NCBI GenBank assembly: GCA_963667785.2
Contig: CAXXMU010000006.1
Coordinates: 96,001 to 160,000, forward strand
Origin: Alphaproteobacteria bacterium
GTDB lineage: Bacteria > Pseudomonadota > Alphaproteobacteria > UBA828
DNA: 64,000 nucleotides
Reading direction: 5' to 3'
Part shown: piece by piece, positions 43,562 to 52,325 of the stretch
Numbering within the stretch: position 1 is the first letter of the stretch
Layout: each line of letters begins with the position of its first letter
The notes under the pieces: model-generated
Database searches by the model: none
What the model saw: only the letters and a program-made list of their open reading frames with translations
What the model was told of the DNA's origin: nothing
Program-made: the position numbers and the translations under genes

Positions 43562-45139
43562 GTGGCAGAACCATCAGCCGCTGTGCTTGACGACTCCCCG
43601 GAGCCTCTGGGCTCCGGGGACACCCTTCTCAGCTTAACGAATCTCTCGAAGCAGTTTCCAGGCACGCTCGCGCTCGACCGCGTCAATTTCGACGTGCGCT
43701 CGGGCGAGGTGCATGTGCTGTTCGGCGAGAACGGCGCGGGCAAGTCGACGCTGATCCAGATCGTCGCCGGCGTCCACAGACCCTCCGGCGGAACCATCCA
43801 CCTGCGCGGCCAGCCGACCAACATTCACTCGGTGCACCATGCACGCCAGCTCGGCGTGAGCGCCGTGTTTCAGGAATTCTCGCTGGTGCCGCACCTCACG
43901 GTCGAGGAGAACCTGTTCCTCGGCGACGAGCTGACGCGTGGGCCTCTGCTCAACAAGAGGGCGCTGGCCCGCCAGGCGCGCGAGACGCTCGACCGCCTCG
44001 GCTTCCCGCTCAGGCCGCGGGACGAGGTGATGTACCTCTCCCGCGCCGAGCAGCAGATGGTGGAGATCGCCAAGGCCTTCCGCACCCGGCCCACCATCAT
44101 GATCTTCGACGAGCCGACGGCCTCGCTCACCGAGCGCGAGACCGACCGGCTGTTCGGGCTGATCGAGCAGATCAAGGCCGAGGGCATCGGCATCATCTAC
44201 ATCACCCACCGGATGAACGAGATCAAGCGGATCGGCGACCGCATCACCGTGCTGCGGGACGGTGTGCACATCGACACGATCCCCGTCGAGGAGGCCACCG
44301 ACCAGAAGCTCGTCGAGCTGATGACCGGCCGCGTCATCGAGCAGATCTTCCCGGACATCGCGCGCAACCCGGCCGAGACCATGCTGGAGGTCGAGGGCCT
44401 CGTCACCGCCAAGCACTTCGTGAACGACGTCTCGATCAACGTGCGGCGGGGCGAGGTGGTGGGCCTCGCCGGCCTGGTGGGCTCCGGCAAGTCCGACCTC
44501 GGCCGCGCCTGCTTCGGCCTCGAGCGGATCATGGCGGGCAGAATCACCTTCGACGGCAACGTCGTCTACGACCGGGCGAAGCACGTCAACAAGCTCGGCC
44601 CGCGCCGGATGCTCGACCGCGGCCTCTACTACCTGCCGTCCGACCGGCGGCAGGAGGGCCTAGTGATGATGCAGAACGTGCGGGAGAACGTGGCGCTGCC
44701 TTCGCTCGGCCTCGGCAAGTTCTCGAACAGCCTCTTCCTGCGCCGCGCCAACGAGCGCCGGGTCGTGCGCGACATCGCGCAGAAGCTCGACCTGATGCCG
44801 CTCAACATCGAGCGCGATCTCGAGCACTTCTCCGGCGGCAACCAGCAGAAGGTGCTGGTGGGCAAGTCACTGGTGCGCGACGTGAAGCTCTTCGTCTTCG
44901 ACGAGCCGACGGTGGGCGTCGACGTCGGCGCGCGCGTCGCGATCTACGAGTTCATCCGCGACCTCTGCGAGGCCGGTGCCGGCGTGCTCCTGATCTCCTC
45001 GGACCTGCCGGAGATCCTGCACCTCGTGCACCGCACCTACGTGATGTACCGCGGCGAGCTGCGCGCCGAGCTGGATCAGTCCGAAATCTCGGAGGAGACG
45101 GTGCTGCACCACTTCTTCGAGAAGGAGGACGAGGCGTGA
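43562..45139 (+). CDS. RbsA-type double-domain ABC ATPase
   Basis: GENGAGKST, FDEPTA, SGGNQQK, DEPTVGVD, ISSDLPE. Confidence 0.94.
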   Translation: MAEPSAAVLDDSPEPLGSGDTLLSLTNLSKQFPGTLALDRVNFDVRSGEVHVLFGENGAGKSTLIQIVAGVHRPSGGTIHLRGQPTNIHSVHHARQLGVSAVFQEFSLVPHLTVEENLFLGDELTRGPLLNKRALARQARETLDRLGFPLRPRDEVMYLSRAEQQMVEIAKAFRTRPTIMIFDEPTASLTERETDRLFGLIEQIKAEGIGIIYITHRMNEIKRIGDRITVLRDGVHIDTIPVEEATDQKLVELMTGRVIEQIFPDIARNPAETMLEVEGLVTAKHFVNDVSINVRRGEVVGLAGLVGSGKSDLGRACFGLERIMAGRITFDGNVVYDRAKHVNKLGPRRMLDRGLYYLPSDRRQEGLVMMQNVRENVALPSLGLGKFSNSLFLRRANERRVVRDIAQKLDLMPLNIERDLEHFSGGNQQKVLVGKSLVRDVKLFVFDEPTVGVDVGARVAIYEFIRDLCEAGAGVLLISSDLPEILHLVHRTYVMYRGELRAELDQSEISEETVLHHFFEKEDEA

Positions 45140-45155
45140 CCGGGAGGAAGAATTA

Positions 45156-46181
45156 ATGGCCGATACCGCCCAGCAGCGCCGTACGTGGTTGGAGAGAGCG
45201 GAGTATTTCGCGACGCTCATCTTCGTTCGCGCGGGCGTCCTTCCCTGGTTCCTCCTCATCGCGATCATCGTCTTCGCGATCACCACGGACAACTTCTTCA
45301 GCAGCCGCAACCTGATGCAGGTGGCGCGCCAGTCCACCTACCTGATCATGGTCTCCATGGGCCAGATGGTGGTGCTGCTGACCGCAGGCCTCGACCTCTC
45401 GGTGGGCGTCATGTTCGCGCTGGTCTCGGTCATCACGTCGATGACCATGGTCGGCGTGTGGGGCGGCGGCGAAGCCACCACGGCCGCGATCCTCATCGGC
45501 TGCCTCGCGGGCTTCGGCGCCGGCACCGGCATCGGCGTGGTCAACGGCATCGGCGTCGCGGTCTTCCGGGTGCCGCCCTTCATGATGACGCTGGCCATGT
45601 CGTCCATCGTCTTCGGCATCGCGCTGATGATCACCGGCGGCACGCCGATCTACGGCATGCCGGACAACTTCGCCAACATCCTGGGCTACGGCAAGGGGCT
45701 CGGCGTCCCGATCCCGATCTGGATCACCATCGGGTTCATCATCCTGATGTACGTGTTCCTCAACTGGACCCGGATGGGTCGCTATCTCTACGCGCTCGGC
45801 GGCAATCTCAAGGCCTCGCAGCTCTCGGGCATCAGCACGCGCTTCTATCTCTTCATGGCCTACGTCGTGACCGCCGGCATCACGACCATCGGCGCCATCA
45901 TGCTGACGGCCCGCCTGGAGAGCGGCGAGGGCAACATCGGCAAGGAGTATCCGCTGCTCTCGATCGCGGCCTGCGTGATCGGCGGTGTCAGCCTCTTCGG
46001 CGGCACCGGGCGGCTGCCGAACGTGGTGCTCGGCGCCATCTTCATCATCCTGGTGCAGAACGGCATGAACCTGCTGCGCATCAGCTCCTACATGCAGCTG
46101 GTGGTGATCGGCATCCTGCTCATCCTCGCGGTGATCGCCGACAACTACCGCCAGAAGCTGCTCCTCATGCTCAGGGATTAG
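45156..46181 (+). CDS. RbsC-type ABC permease
   Basis: GLDLSVG, GRYLYALGGN, IAACVIGGVSL.GG.G. Confidence 0.93.
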   Translation: MADTAQQRRTWLERAEYFATLIFVRAGVLPWFLLIAIIVFAITTDNFFSSRNLMQVARQSTYLIMVSMGQMVVLLTAGLDLSVGVMFALVSVITSMTMVGVWGGGEATTAAILIGCLAGFGAGTGIGVVNGIGVAVFRVPPFMMTLAMSSIVFGIALMITGGTPIYGMPDNFANILGYGKGLGVPIPIWITIGFIILMYVFLNWTRMGRYLYALGGNLKASQLSGISTRFYLFMAYVVTAGITTIGAIMLTARLESGEGNIGKEYPLLSIAACVIGGVSLFGGTGRLPNVVLGAIFIILVQNGMNLLRISSYMQLVVIGILLILAVIADNYRQKLLLMLRD

Positions 46182-46183
46182 CG

Positions 46184-47296
46184 ATGGCGGCGAACGGTCA
46201 GCCGCCCGTCATCTCAGGCGATTCCCACGTCATCGAGCCGGCGGACCTCTGGTCGAAGCCGCTCGGCGCGCGCTACGGCGACGCGGTGCCGCGCATGGTG
46301 TCGGAGCATGCGGGCATCGAGGCCGATCACTTCTTCACCGGCCTCGAATACGTCCGCGTGGACGAGATCGTCGAGGGCGACGAGGAGCTGCAGCGGAAGC
46401 TGGTCGGCTCCGGCACCGACCCTGCCATCCGCCTCGTCTGCATGGACGAGGACGGCGTCCTCGGCGAGATCGTGAACTCCACCTGGATGCTCTACGCGAT
46501 GCGCGCGCGGGACGATCGGCTGGTCGAGGATCTCTGCCGCGTCTTCAACGACTGGCTCGCCGAATATTGCAGCCACGCGCCGAAGCGCCTCTACGGCACC
46601 TCGATGATCCACATGGCGGACATCGACTGGGCCTGCAACGAGCTGGAGCGGACGGCGAAGCTCGGGCTGAAGAGCGTCATCATCAACTGCGACGCGCGCC
46701 CCGAATGGCCGCCGTTTCAGGACAAGCACTACGATCCCTTCTGGGCCCGGGCGCAGGAGCTGGACCAGCCGGTGACGCTCCACATCATCACCGGCAACGA
46801 GGTCGACCCCTTCACCCTGCACGGCCACGAGCGCATCAACATGGCGCGCAGCACGCTCAACGTGCTGGCGGAGGCCGGGCCCGTGCTCGCCAACGAGTTC
46901 ATCTTCGGCGGCGTGCTCGACCGCTTCGAGAACCTGAAGCTGGTGCTGTCCGAATACGAGGTCTGCTGGCTGCCCTACTGGCTCTTCCGCGCCAAGCAGA
47001 TTCAGGACGACTTCGGTCCGGCGCTGGACATCCCCAAGATCAAGCGGCCGGTGCAGGAGTATCTCGGCCAGATCTATCACGGGCTGATCGACGATCCCTA
47101 TCTCGACAAGGTGCTGGACGTGATCGACCCGAAGACCATCATGTGGGGCTCGGACTTCCCCCACGCGCGCTGCACCTATCCCAACACGATGGACGTGATC
47201 GACCGCGTGTTCGGCCATCTGGACGAAGACACGCGCCGCGACATCACCTTCAACAACTGCGCGCGCTTCTACAATTTCGACCTGCCGGCGCGCTGA
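46184..47296 (+). CDS. Amidohydrolase_2 family protein (hydrolase/decarboxylase)
   Basis: SGDSHVIEP, FNDWLAEYC, YDPFW, TLH, WGSDFPH. Confidence 0.9.
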   Translation: MAANGQPPVISGDSHVIEPADLWSKPLGARYGDAVPRMVSEHAGIEADHFFTGLEYVRVDEIVEGDEELQRKLVGSGTDPAIRLVCMDEDGVLGEIVNSTWMLYAMRARDDRLVEDLCRVFNDWLAEYCSHAPKRLYGTSMIHMADIDWACNELERTAKLGLKSVIINCDARPEWPPFQDKHYDPFWARAQELDQPVTLHIITGNEVDPFTLHGHERINMARSTLNVLAEAGPVLANEFIFGGVLDRFENLKLVLSEYEVCWLPYWLFRAKQIQDDFGPALDIPKIKRPVQEYLGQIYHGLIDDPYLDKVLDVIDPKTIMWGSDFPHARCTYPNTMDVIDRVFGHLDEDTRRDITFNNCARFYNFDLPAR

Positions 47297-47313
47297 GCGC
47301 CGCCGGCCTTCCT

Positions 47314-48123
47314 TCAGCGCCAGCCCCTCATCTCGAGCAACGCAGCGAACGCGTCCATTCCGCGCGCCCGCGCGGGCTCGACCCGCTCCACCTCTCCGCC
47401 CGTCACGGTGAAGAACGAGAGCTCCCGGTAGATGCAGCCGGACGGGCAGTCGCCCCACGCCCTGCGGAACACGACGTACCAGGTGCCGCCCGACCTCGTG
47501 ACCTCGATATCGGAGTCGTCGCCGATGTAGTAGTTGGGCTCGGCGTAGTCCACGCCGTCCATCGCCTCGTACGCCCGCAGCGCCGCGGGCATGTTCGCCC
47601 GCTCGCCCAGGGAGAGGACGACGCTGCCCGAACGCGAGAGCACCATCACGGCACGCAGGCCGAGCGTCTCGTTGAGGGCATCGAATGCCGCCTGCCCGGT
47701 GCGCGGCAGGGCAGACGCCTCGCCATCGCGCCAGAGACCGACGACGCGCTCGCGCAGCGCGCCCTCCAGTTGGAGGATGAGCTCGCGCGAGTGCCGGTCC
47801 CGGGCGAAAACCCCGGCCATCGCCGGGTCGCGCTCGCGGATGAGCGCCAGCGCCCGCCCGATCTCGTGGCCGAGCGCCCGCTGCCGCGCGCCGTCCAGCA
47901 GCAGGTCGTCGCTCTCCCTCTCCAGGATGCGATCGGCAAGCAGGCGCGCCTCCGCAGCGGCCGATCCTCGAGCGACCGCGTCATCGGCGGCCGGCACGTC
48001 GACGGCCGGCAGGAGGGCCGGGGCCGCGCAGCCGGCCAGGGCAAGGGCAGAGAGCGCCGCGAATGCGACCCCCGCCGGCCCGAGCGGGCCCCCGGCCCAC
48101 CGTCTCCCGCGATGCATCGGCAT
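47314..48123 (-). CDS. Hypothetical lipoprotein with a WGDCPSGC motif
   Basis: Lipobox LAGC; fills the gap between neighbouring genes; start codon uncertain. Confidence 0.65.
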   Translation of the reverse strand: MPMHRGRRWAGGPLGPAGVAFAALSALALAGCAAPALLPAVDVPAADDAVARGSAAAEARLLADRILERESDDLLLDGARQRALGHEIGRALALIRERDPAMAGVFARDRHSRELILQLEGALRERVVGLWRDGEASALPRTGQAAFDALNETLGLRAVMVLSRSGSVVLSLGERANMPAALRAYEAMDGVDYAEPNYYIGDDSDIEVTRSGGTWYVVFRRAWGDCPSGCIYRELSFFTVTGGEVERVEPARARGMDAFAALLEMRGWR

Positions 48124-48344
48124 GGTCGCTCGCCCCCGTTGCCGGAACGGACGATCCCATCCGAATGGGGCGGAAGCGTGGCGCCGCACCGCCGCGCCGC
48201 CAGCGCGCGCCTCGACGGAATCGGCCGGGCGGCTCATAATCGCGCCGTCATGAGTCCCGCCCGTGCCCTCCCGTCATCCCGGCCGCCAGACCGCGCGCAC
48301 CCGGCCGCCCGTGCTTGATCGTATGACTTCGTGACGGCGCTCCG

Positions 48345-49217
48345 ATGCTAGGCAGCGCCGCCGCCTGGGGCGCCGGCTGCGCGATTTCGTGGGGCCTTTC
48401 GGATTTCGCTGCGCGCTTCGCCGGCCGCTCGGTGGGTCCGCTGGCGGCGACCTTCGCGATGATGACGATCGGCGCGGCGCTGATCGCGGCGGTGATGGCG
48501 GCGACGGGCCAGCCCTTCGACTGGCGCCTCGAGGGCTTTCACTGGCTCATCGGCATCGGCGCCGGCACCGCGCTCGGCTCGATCCTCTTCTTCCATGCCA
48601 TCACCCACGGGCCGCTCTCGCTGGCCTCTCCCGTGGTGGCCTGCTACCCGGCGATCGCGGTGCCCATCTCCGTCGCCCTCGGCGCCCGTCCCGACCCGCT
48701 CCACTGGGGGGCGATGGTGGCCACCATGGGCGGGGTGTGGCTGGTGGCGCGGTCGGTCCCTGCAGGCGAAACCACGGCGCCGGAATATGCGCCCGCCGTG
48801 ATGCGGCGCACGATCGTCTATTCGTTCATAGCGGCGGCGACCTTCGCCGCCTCGCTCACTGCCGCCGACCGCGCCATCGAGATCTACGGCCCCTGGCAGA
48901 CCGTCCTCGTGGTGCGGCTCTTCGGTGCCGTCGTGCTGCTCGCGGCGCTGGTCGCGCGCCGGGCGCCGGTGCGCTTTCCGGTGCGGGCGTGGCCGATTCT
49001 GGCGGCCTTCGGCTTCTTCGACACGGCCGGCCACCTGCTGCTCTACACCGGCCTCGGCCTCCCCAACGGCGAGTACGCCATCGTCGCGAGCGTCGGCTAC
49101 ACGGTGGTGACGGTGGTGCTGGCGCGCACCTTCCTGCGCGAGCCCGTCTCGCCGTTTCAATGGGGCGGCATCGGGCTGGTGGTCGGCGGAGTCGGGATTC
49201 TCGCGGCCTTCGGGTAG
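48345..49217 (+). CDS. DMT/EamA family transporter
   Basis: About 10 hydrophobic segments in two repeats; WGLSDF, FLREPV. Confidence 0.88.
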   Translation: MLGSAAAWGAGCAISWGLSDFAARFAGRSVGPLAATFAMMTIGAALIAAVMAATGQPFDWRLEGFHWLIGIGAGTALGSILFFHAITHGPLSLASPVVACYPAIAVPISVALGARPDPLHWGAMVATMGGVWLVARSVPAGETTAPEYAPAVMRRTIVYSFIAAATFAASLTAADRAIEIYGPWQTVLVVRLFGAVVLLAALVARRAPVRFPVRAWPILAAFGFFDTAGHLLLYTGLGLPNGEYAIVASVGYTVVTVVLARTFLREPVSPFQWGGIGLVVGGVGILAAFG

Positions 49218-49224
49218 AGGCGGT

Positions 49225-50022
49225 TCAGGTCGGGCCGAGCGCATCGCGCAGGAAGGCCACGAGCGGCTCGTTGACGGTGGCCGGCGCCTCCGCAAGCGCC
49301 ATGTGCCTGAGACCGGGCAGGATCACGAGGCGGGCGCCTGGGATGAGGCCGGCCATGGCGCGCGCCATGGCGGGCGTGTTGCCCGGATCGTCGGCGCCCG
49401 TCATCACCAGCGTCGGGCAGGCGATGCGCTCCAGCCCCCGGACGATCCCGGCGTCGCCCTCGGCGAGCACCCGGTAGATCTGCGCGTAGCAGGCCGGATC
49501 GTTGCCGGCGATCCAGCCGCGCACGAGCGCGACCGCCTCCGGCGCCCCGGCCCGGAATGCCGGCGTGAACCAGCGCTCGAGGGCGGGGTCCACGTTCGAC
49601 GCCGGCCCGTGCTCTGCCGCTTCGCGCACGCGCCGGCGGACCGCATCGCGCTCGGCAGGGCTGCGGTCGTGCGGCGAGTGCAGGATCGCGAGCGCCGACA
49701 AACGGTCGGGATGGTCCAGCGCGAAGCGGCGCGCGATCATGCCGCCGAGCGAGAACCCCGCGACCGCCGCGCGCTCGATGCCGCATTCGTCCATCAGCCC
49801 GCGCAACTGCCGCGCGAACATGGCGAGGTCGGGCGTTGCCGCCGGCGGCGCGCTCTCTCCATGCCCCAGGAGGTCGTAGGTAAGCACGCTGAAACGGGGC
49901 GCGAGCGCCGGGAGCTGCCAGCGCCACATCGCGCGGTTCAGCCCGAAGCCGTGAACGAGCACGACGGGTGGGCCGCTGCCGTGCCGCTCCCAGGCCGTCC
50001 CGCCCGCATCGCCCGGAGTCAT
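49225..50022 (-). CDS. Alpha/beta hydrolase (PcaD-like)
   Basis: HGFG, YDLLGHGES, GFSLGG, RWFT, LRH. Confidence 0.9.
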   Translation of the reverse strand: MTPGDAGGTAWERHGSGPPVVLVHGFGLNRAMWRWQLPALAPRFSVLTYDLLGHGESAPPAATPDLAMFARQLRGLMDECGIERAAVAGFSLGGMIARRFALDHPDRLSALAILHSPHDRSPAERDAVRRRVREAAEHGPASNVDPALERWFTPAFRAGAPEAVALVRGWIAGNDPACYAQIYRVLAEGDAGIVRGLERIACPTLVMTGADDPGNTPAMARAMAGLIPGARLVILPGLRHMALAEAPATVNEPLVAFLRDALGPT

Positions 50023-50068
50023 CGCGCCCGACCGGGGCGGGCGGTTGCGCGGCCGCTCGTGCGCGCCG

Positions 50069-51106
50069 TCACGCGAACGCCGGCATCACCTCGTCGACGA
50101 ACAGCGCGAGCGAACGCTTCTGCTCCTTCATCCCCAGCCCCAGGCTCGCGTAGTAGGTAAAGTGGTCGATGCCGAGCGCCTCGTAGGCCCTGAGCTTCGC
50201 GATCACCTCGTCCGGGGTGCCGAACATCAGGTTCTCGTGGAGCATCTGCGGATTGTACTCGTCCCGGTTCGCGAGCTCGGTGAGCGCGATGGTGCGGGGG
50301 AAACCGTCGGCGACGTCGCCGAGGTTCTTGAAGAGGTTCTCGAACTGGCCGAACTGGCGCATCGCGGCTCTCACCGGCACCTCCCAGTCCGCCGCGCGGT
50401 CGTAGACGACCGTGTGGCGCATGGTGGCGAACGTCGGCCGCTTCTTGCCGGGATTGTCCGCGAGCGCGGCTTCCATGCGGCCCCTGTAGGCCTCGACCTC
50501 CGACATCGGGCGGGTGAGCGGCCAGGAGAGGATGTTGCATTCGTGCTTCACCGCGAAGTCGTAGGTGTCCGGCGAGCGCGCGGCGATCCAGATGGGCGGA
50601 TGGGGCTTCTGCAGCGGCTTCGGCACCGAGGTCGCGGCAGGGAAGGACCAGAACTCGCCCTCGTGCGCGTAGTCGCCCTGCCAGAGCGCCTTCACAGCCG
50701 GCAGCATCTCGAACATGTACTGGAATGCGTCGTTGCGCTGCAGGCCGGGATGCATGCGGTCGAACTCGCGCTGGTAGGCGCCGGAACCGATGCCGAACTC
50801 GAGGCGCCCGCGGCTGTAGAGATCCAGCAGCGCCGCCTCCCCCGCCGCCTTGATCGGATGCCAGTAGGCCGCCACGACCACCGCCGAGCCGAGCCGGATG
50901 CGGGAGGTGTGCGCGGCCCACCAGGTGAGGATCTGGAACGGGTTGGGCGCGATGGTCATTTCCAGCGCGTGGTGCTCGGCAGCCCAGGCGATGGCGAACC
51001 CGCCCTCGTCGGCCATCTGCACCATCTCCAGGGTGTGGCGCTCGACCTCGGTCATGTCCAGGTCGGGCGCAAGCCGTTCCATGTTGATGGCGAGCTGAAA
51101 CTTCAT
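50069..51106 (-). CDS. Luciferase-like (LLM) flavin-dependent monooxygenase
   Basis: WAAEHH, IRLGS, GRLEFGIG.G, PKPLQKPHPPIWIA, GTPDEV. Confidence 0.93.
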   Translation of the reverse strand: MKFQLAINMERLAPDLDMTEVERHTLEMVQMADEGGFAIAWAAEHHALEMTIAPNPFQILTWWAAHTSRIRLGSAVVVAAYWHPIKAAGEAALLDLYSRGRLEFGIGSGAYQREFDRMHPGLQRNDAFQYMFEMLPAVKALWQGDYAHEGEFWSFPAATSVPKPLQKPHPPIWIAARSPDTYDFAVKHECNILSWPLTRPMSEVEAYRGRMEAALADNPGKKRPTFATMRHTVVYDRAADWEVPVRAAMRQFGQFENLFKNLGDVADGFPRTIALTELANRDEYNPQMLHENLMFGTPDEVIAKLRAYEALGIDHFTYYASLGLGMKEQKRSLALFVDEVMPAFA

Positions 51107-51255
51107 CGCGCTCTGTCTCCCGCGAGGGTCAATGGGTGTATCGCTCGTCCATGGATAGCGGATTTCCGCGCCGTTGTCGCCAGGGCCACGGCCCAGAGCG
51201 CGGCCAGGGTACGCCGCCCGCCGCAACGGCTCATCGCTGCGGCGCGGCCGCACTA

Positions 51256-51320
51256 ACTAAGAATGAGTTGCATTGACTAAATCGCCCGCCTATAACTTCG
51301 CAGTGCGTGTCATTCGCATT
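51256..51320 (+). promoter_or_regulatory. sigma70 promoter with two alphaproteobacterial Fur-type boxes
   Basis: ACTAAGAATGAGTTGCATT (51256-51274) overlaps TTGCAT-N17-TATAAC (51268-51296); near-palindrome AGTGCGTGTCATTCGCATT at 51302-51320. Confidence 0.72.
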
Positions 51321-51350
51321 TAGACGCCGCGACCGCGTGGAAAGACGACG

Positions 51351-51962
51351 ATGGAGGACCACATGACCCACGGCGTGACGCAGCAGACCGCGCCGGCATC
51401 GTTGCCGCGCCGCGCGACAGGCCCGGGCATGACGATTCCGAGGCTCACCTTCCCCGAGCAGCTCGTCCTCTGGTCCGCGCGCCGGCTTGCCACCGCTGGC
51501 CACGAATCGGTCGAGGTCGCCGGCGAGGCCCCGGCCTGCCGGCAGTCGATGCGCGCACGTGTCGCCGCCGAGCTTGGCGTCGCCCTCGGTCCGACCGGTG
51601 AGCCGGCGGCCGGCCGCGAGGCCGCCGAGACCCTGGAGCGGACGCTCGATATCTTCGCCTTGGCCGGTGAGCGCGGCCTTCGCCTGAACCCGCTCTGCTG
51701 CCGCTTCGTCAGCAATGACGAACGGCTCTTCCTGTCGTTCCTCGCCGCCTGCCAGGAGGGGGACTACAGGCACGCCTGCGCGCTGCTCTCCTGGTTCCTG
51801 CCGCCGGCGGCGATCCGCGCCGCAGCGACGGAGGGCGCGGCGTTCGCGGCGGCGCTGCAGGCCGCCGGCTACCTGCTGCCGCAGCGCTTCCGGCTCGCAT
51901 CGTGCACGGGCTTCCCCCGGGCGACGCCCGTGCATGCAACCGCCCCGCGGAGGCTGCACTAG
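51351..51962 (+). CDS. Hypothetical cytoplasmic protein with a PLCC..VS.DE motif
   Basis: 203 aa ORF directly behind the Fur-type promoter; no recognised domain. Confidence 0.7.
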   Translation: MEDHMTHGVTQQTAPASLPRRATGPGMTIPRLTFPEQLVLWSARRLATAGHESVEVAGEAPACRQSMRARVAAELGVALGPTGEPAAGREAAETLERTLDIFALAGERGLRLNPLCCRFVSNDERLFLSFLAACQEGDYRHACALLSWFLPPAAIRAAATEGAAFAAALQAAGYLLPQRFRLASCTGFPRATPVHATAPRRLH

Positions 51963-52149
51963 GAGCACTATCCGACCCTACGGGGTCACGACAAGCCGAA
52001 CGACTCCCACCTCCCCCTGTCCCCCTCCTCCCAGGAGGAGGGGGAGGAGAGGGCCGGAGTGAGGTGGGGCAGTCTCGGCCCGCATCGCATGCAAGATAGT
52101 AGACGGGCGGCAACCGGGTGCGACCCGGTCTGGTCAGAATATGCGTTGA
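51959..52149. mobile_element. MITE-like element family A, copy 2 (internally shortened)
   Basis: GAGCACTATCCGACC ... GTCTGGTCAGAATATGCG ends and the core match 9898-10127. Confidence 0.78.
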
Positions 52150-52223
52150 GAGCAGAGCCATGAGCGCCGGGCCTGACCGGGACGAGCGCCGCCGCCCTTG
52201 CCGCCGGCTCCGATTCCGCCTAG

Positions 52224-52253
52224 TCTGAGAATGAGACTTGTTCTTGTTTGCAT
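52224..52253 (+). promoter_or_regulatory. Putative Fur-type operator
   Basis: AT-rich TCTGAGAATGAGACTTGTTCTTGTTTGCAT; shares AGAATGAG and TTGCAT with the 51256 site. Confidence 0.55.
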
Positions 52254-52325
52254 CCAGCGGCCATGCTGCCGAGAAGCGGGCGCCGTCATGGCCCGCACGA
52301 ACCACAGACAACGGGAGTCGATGCG

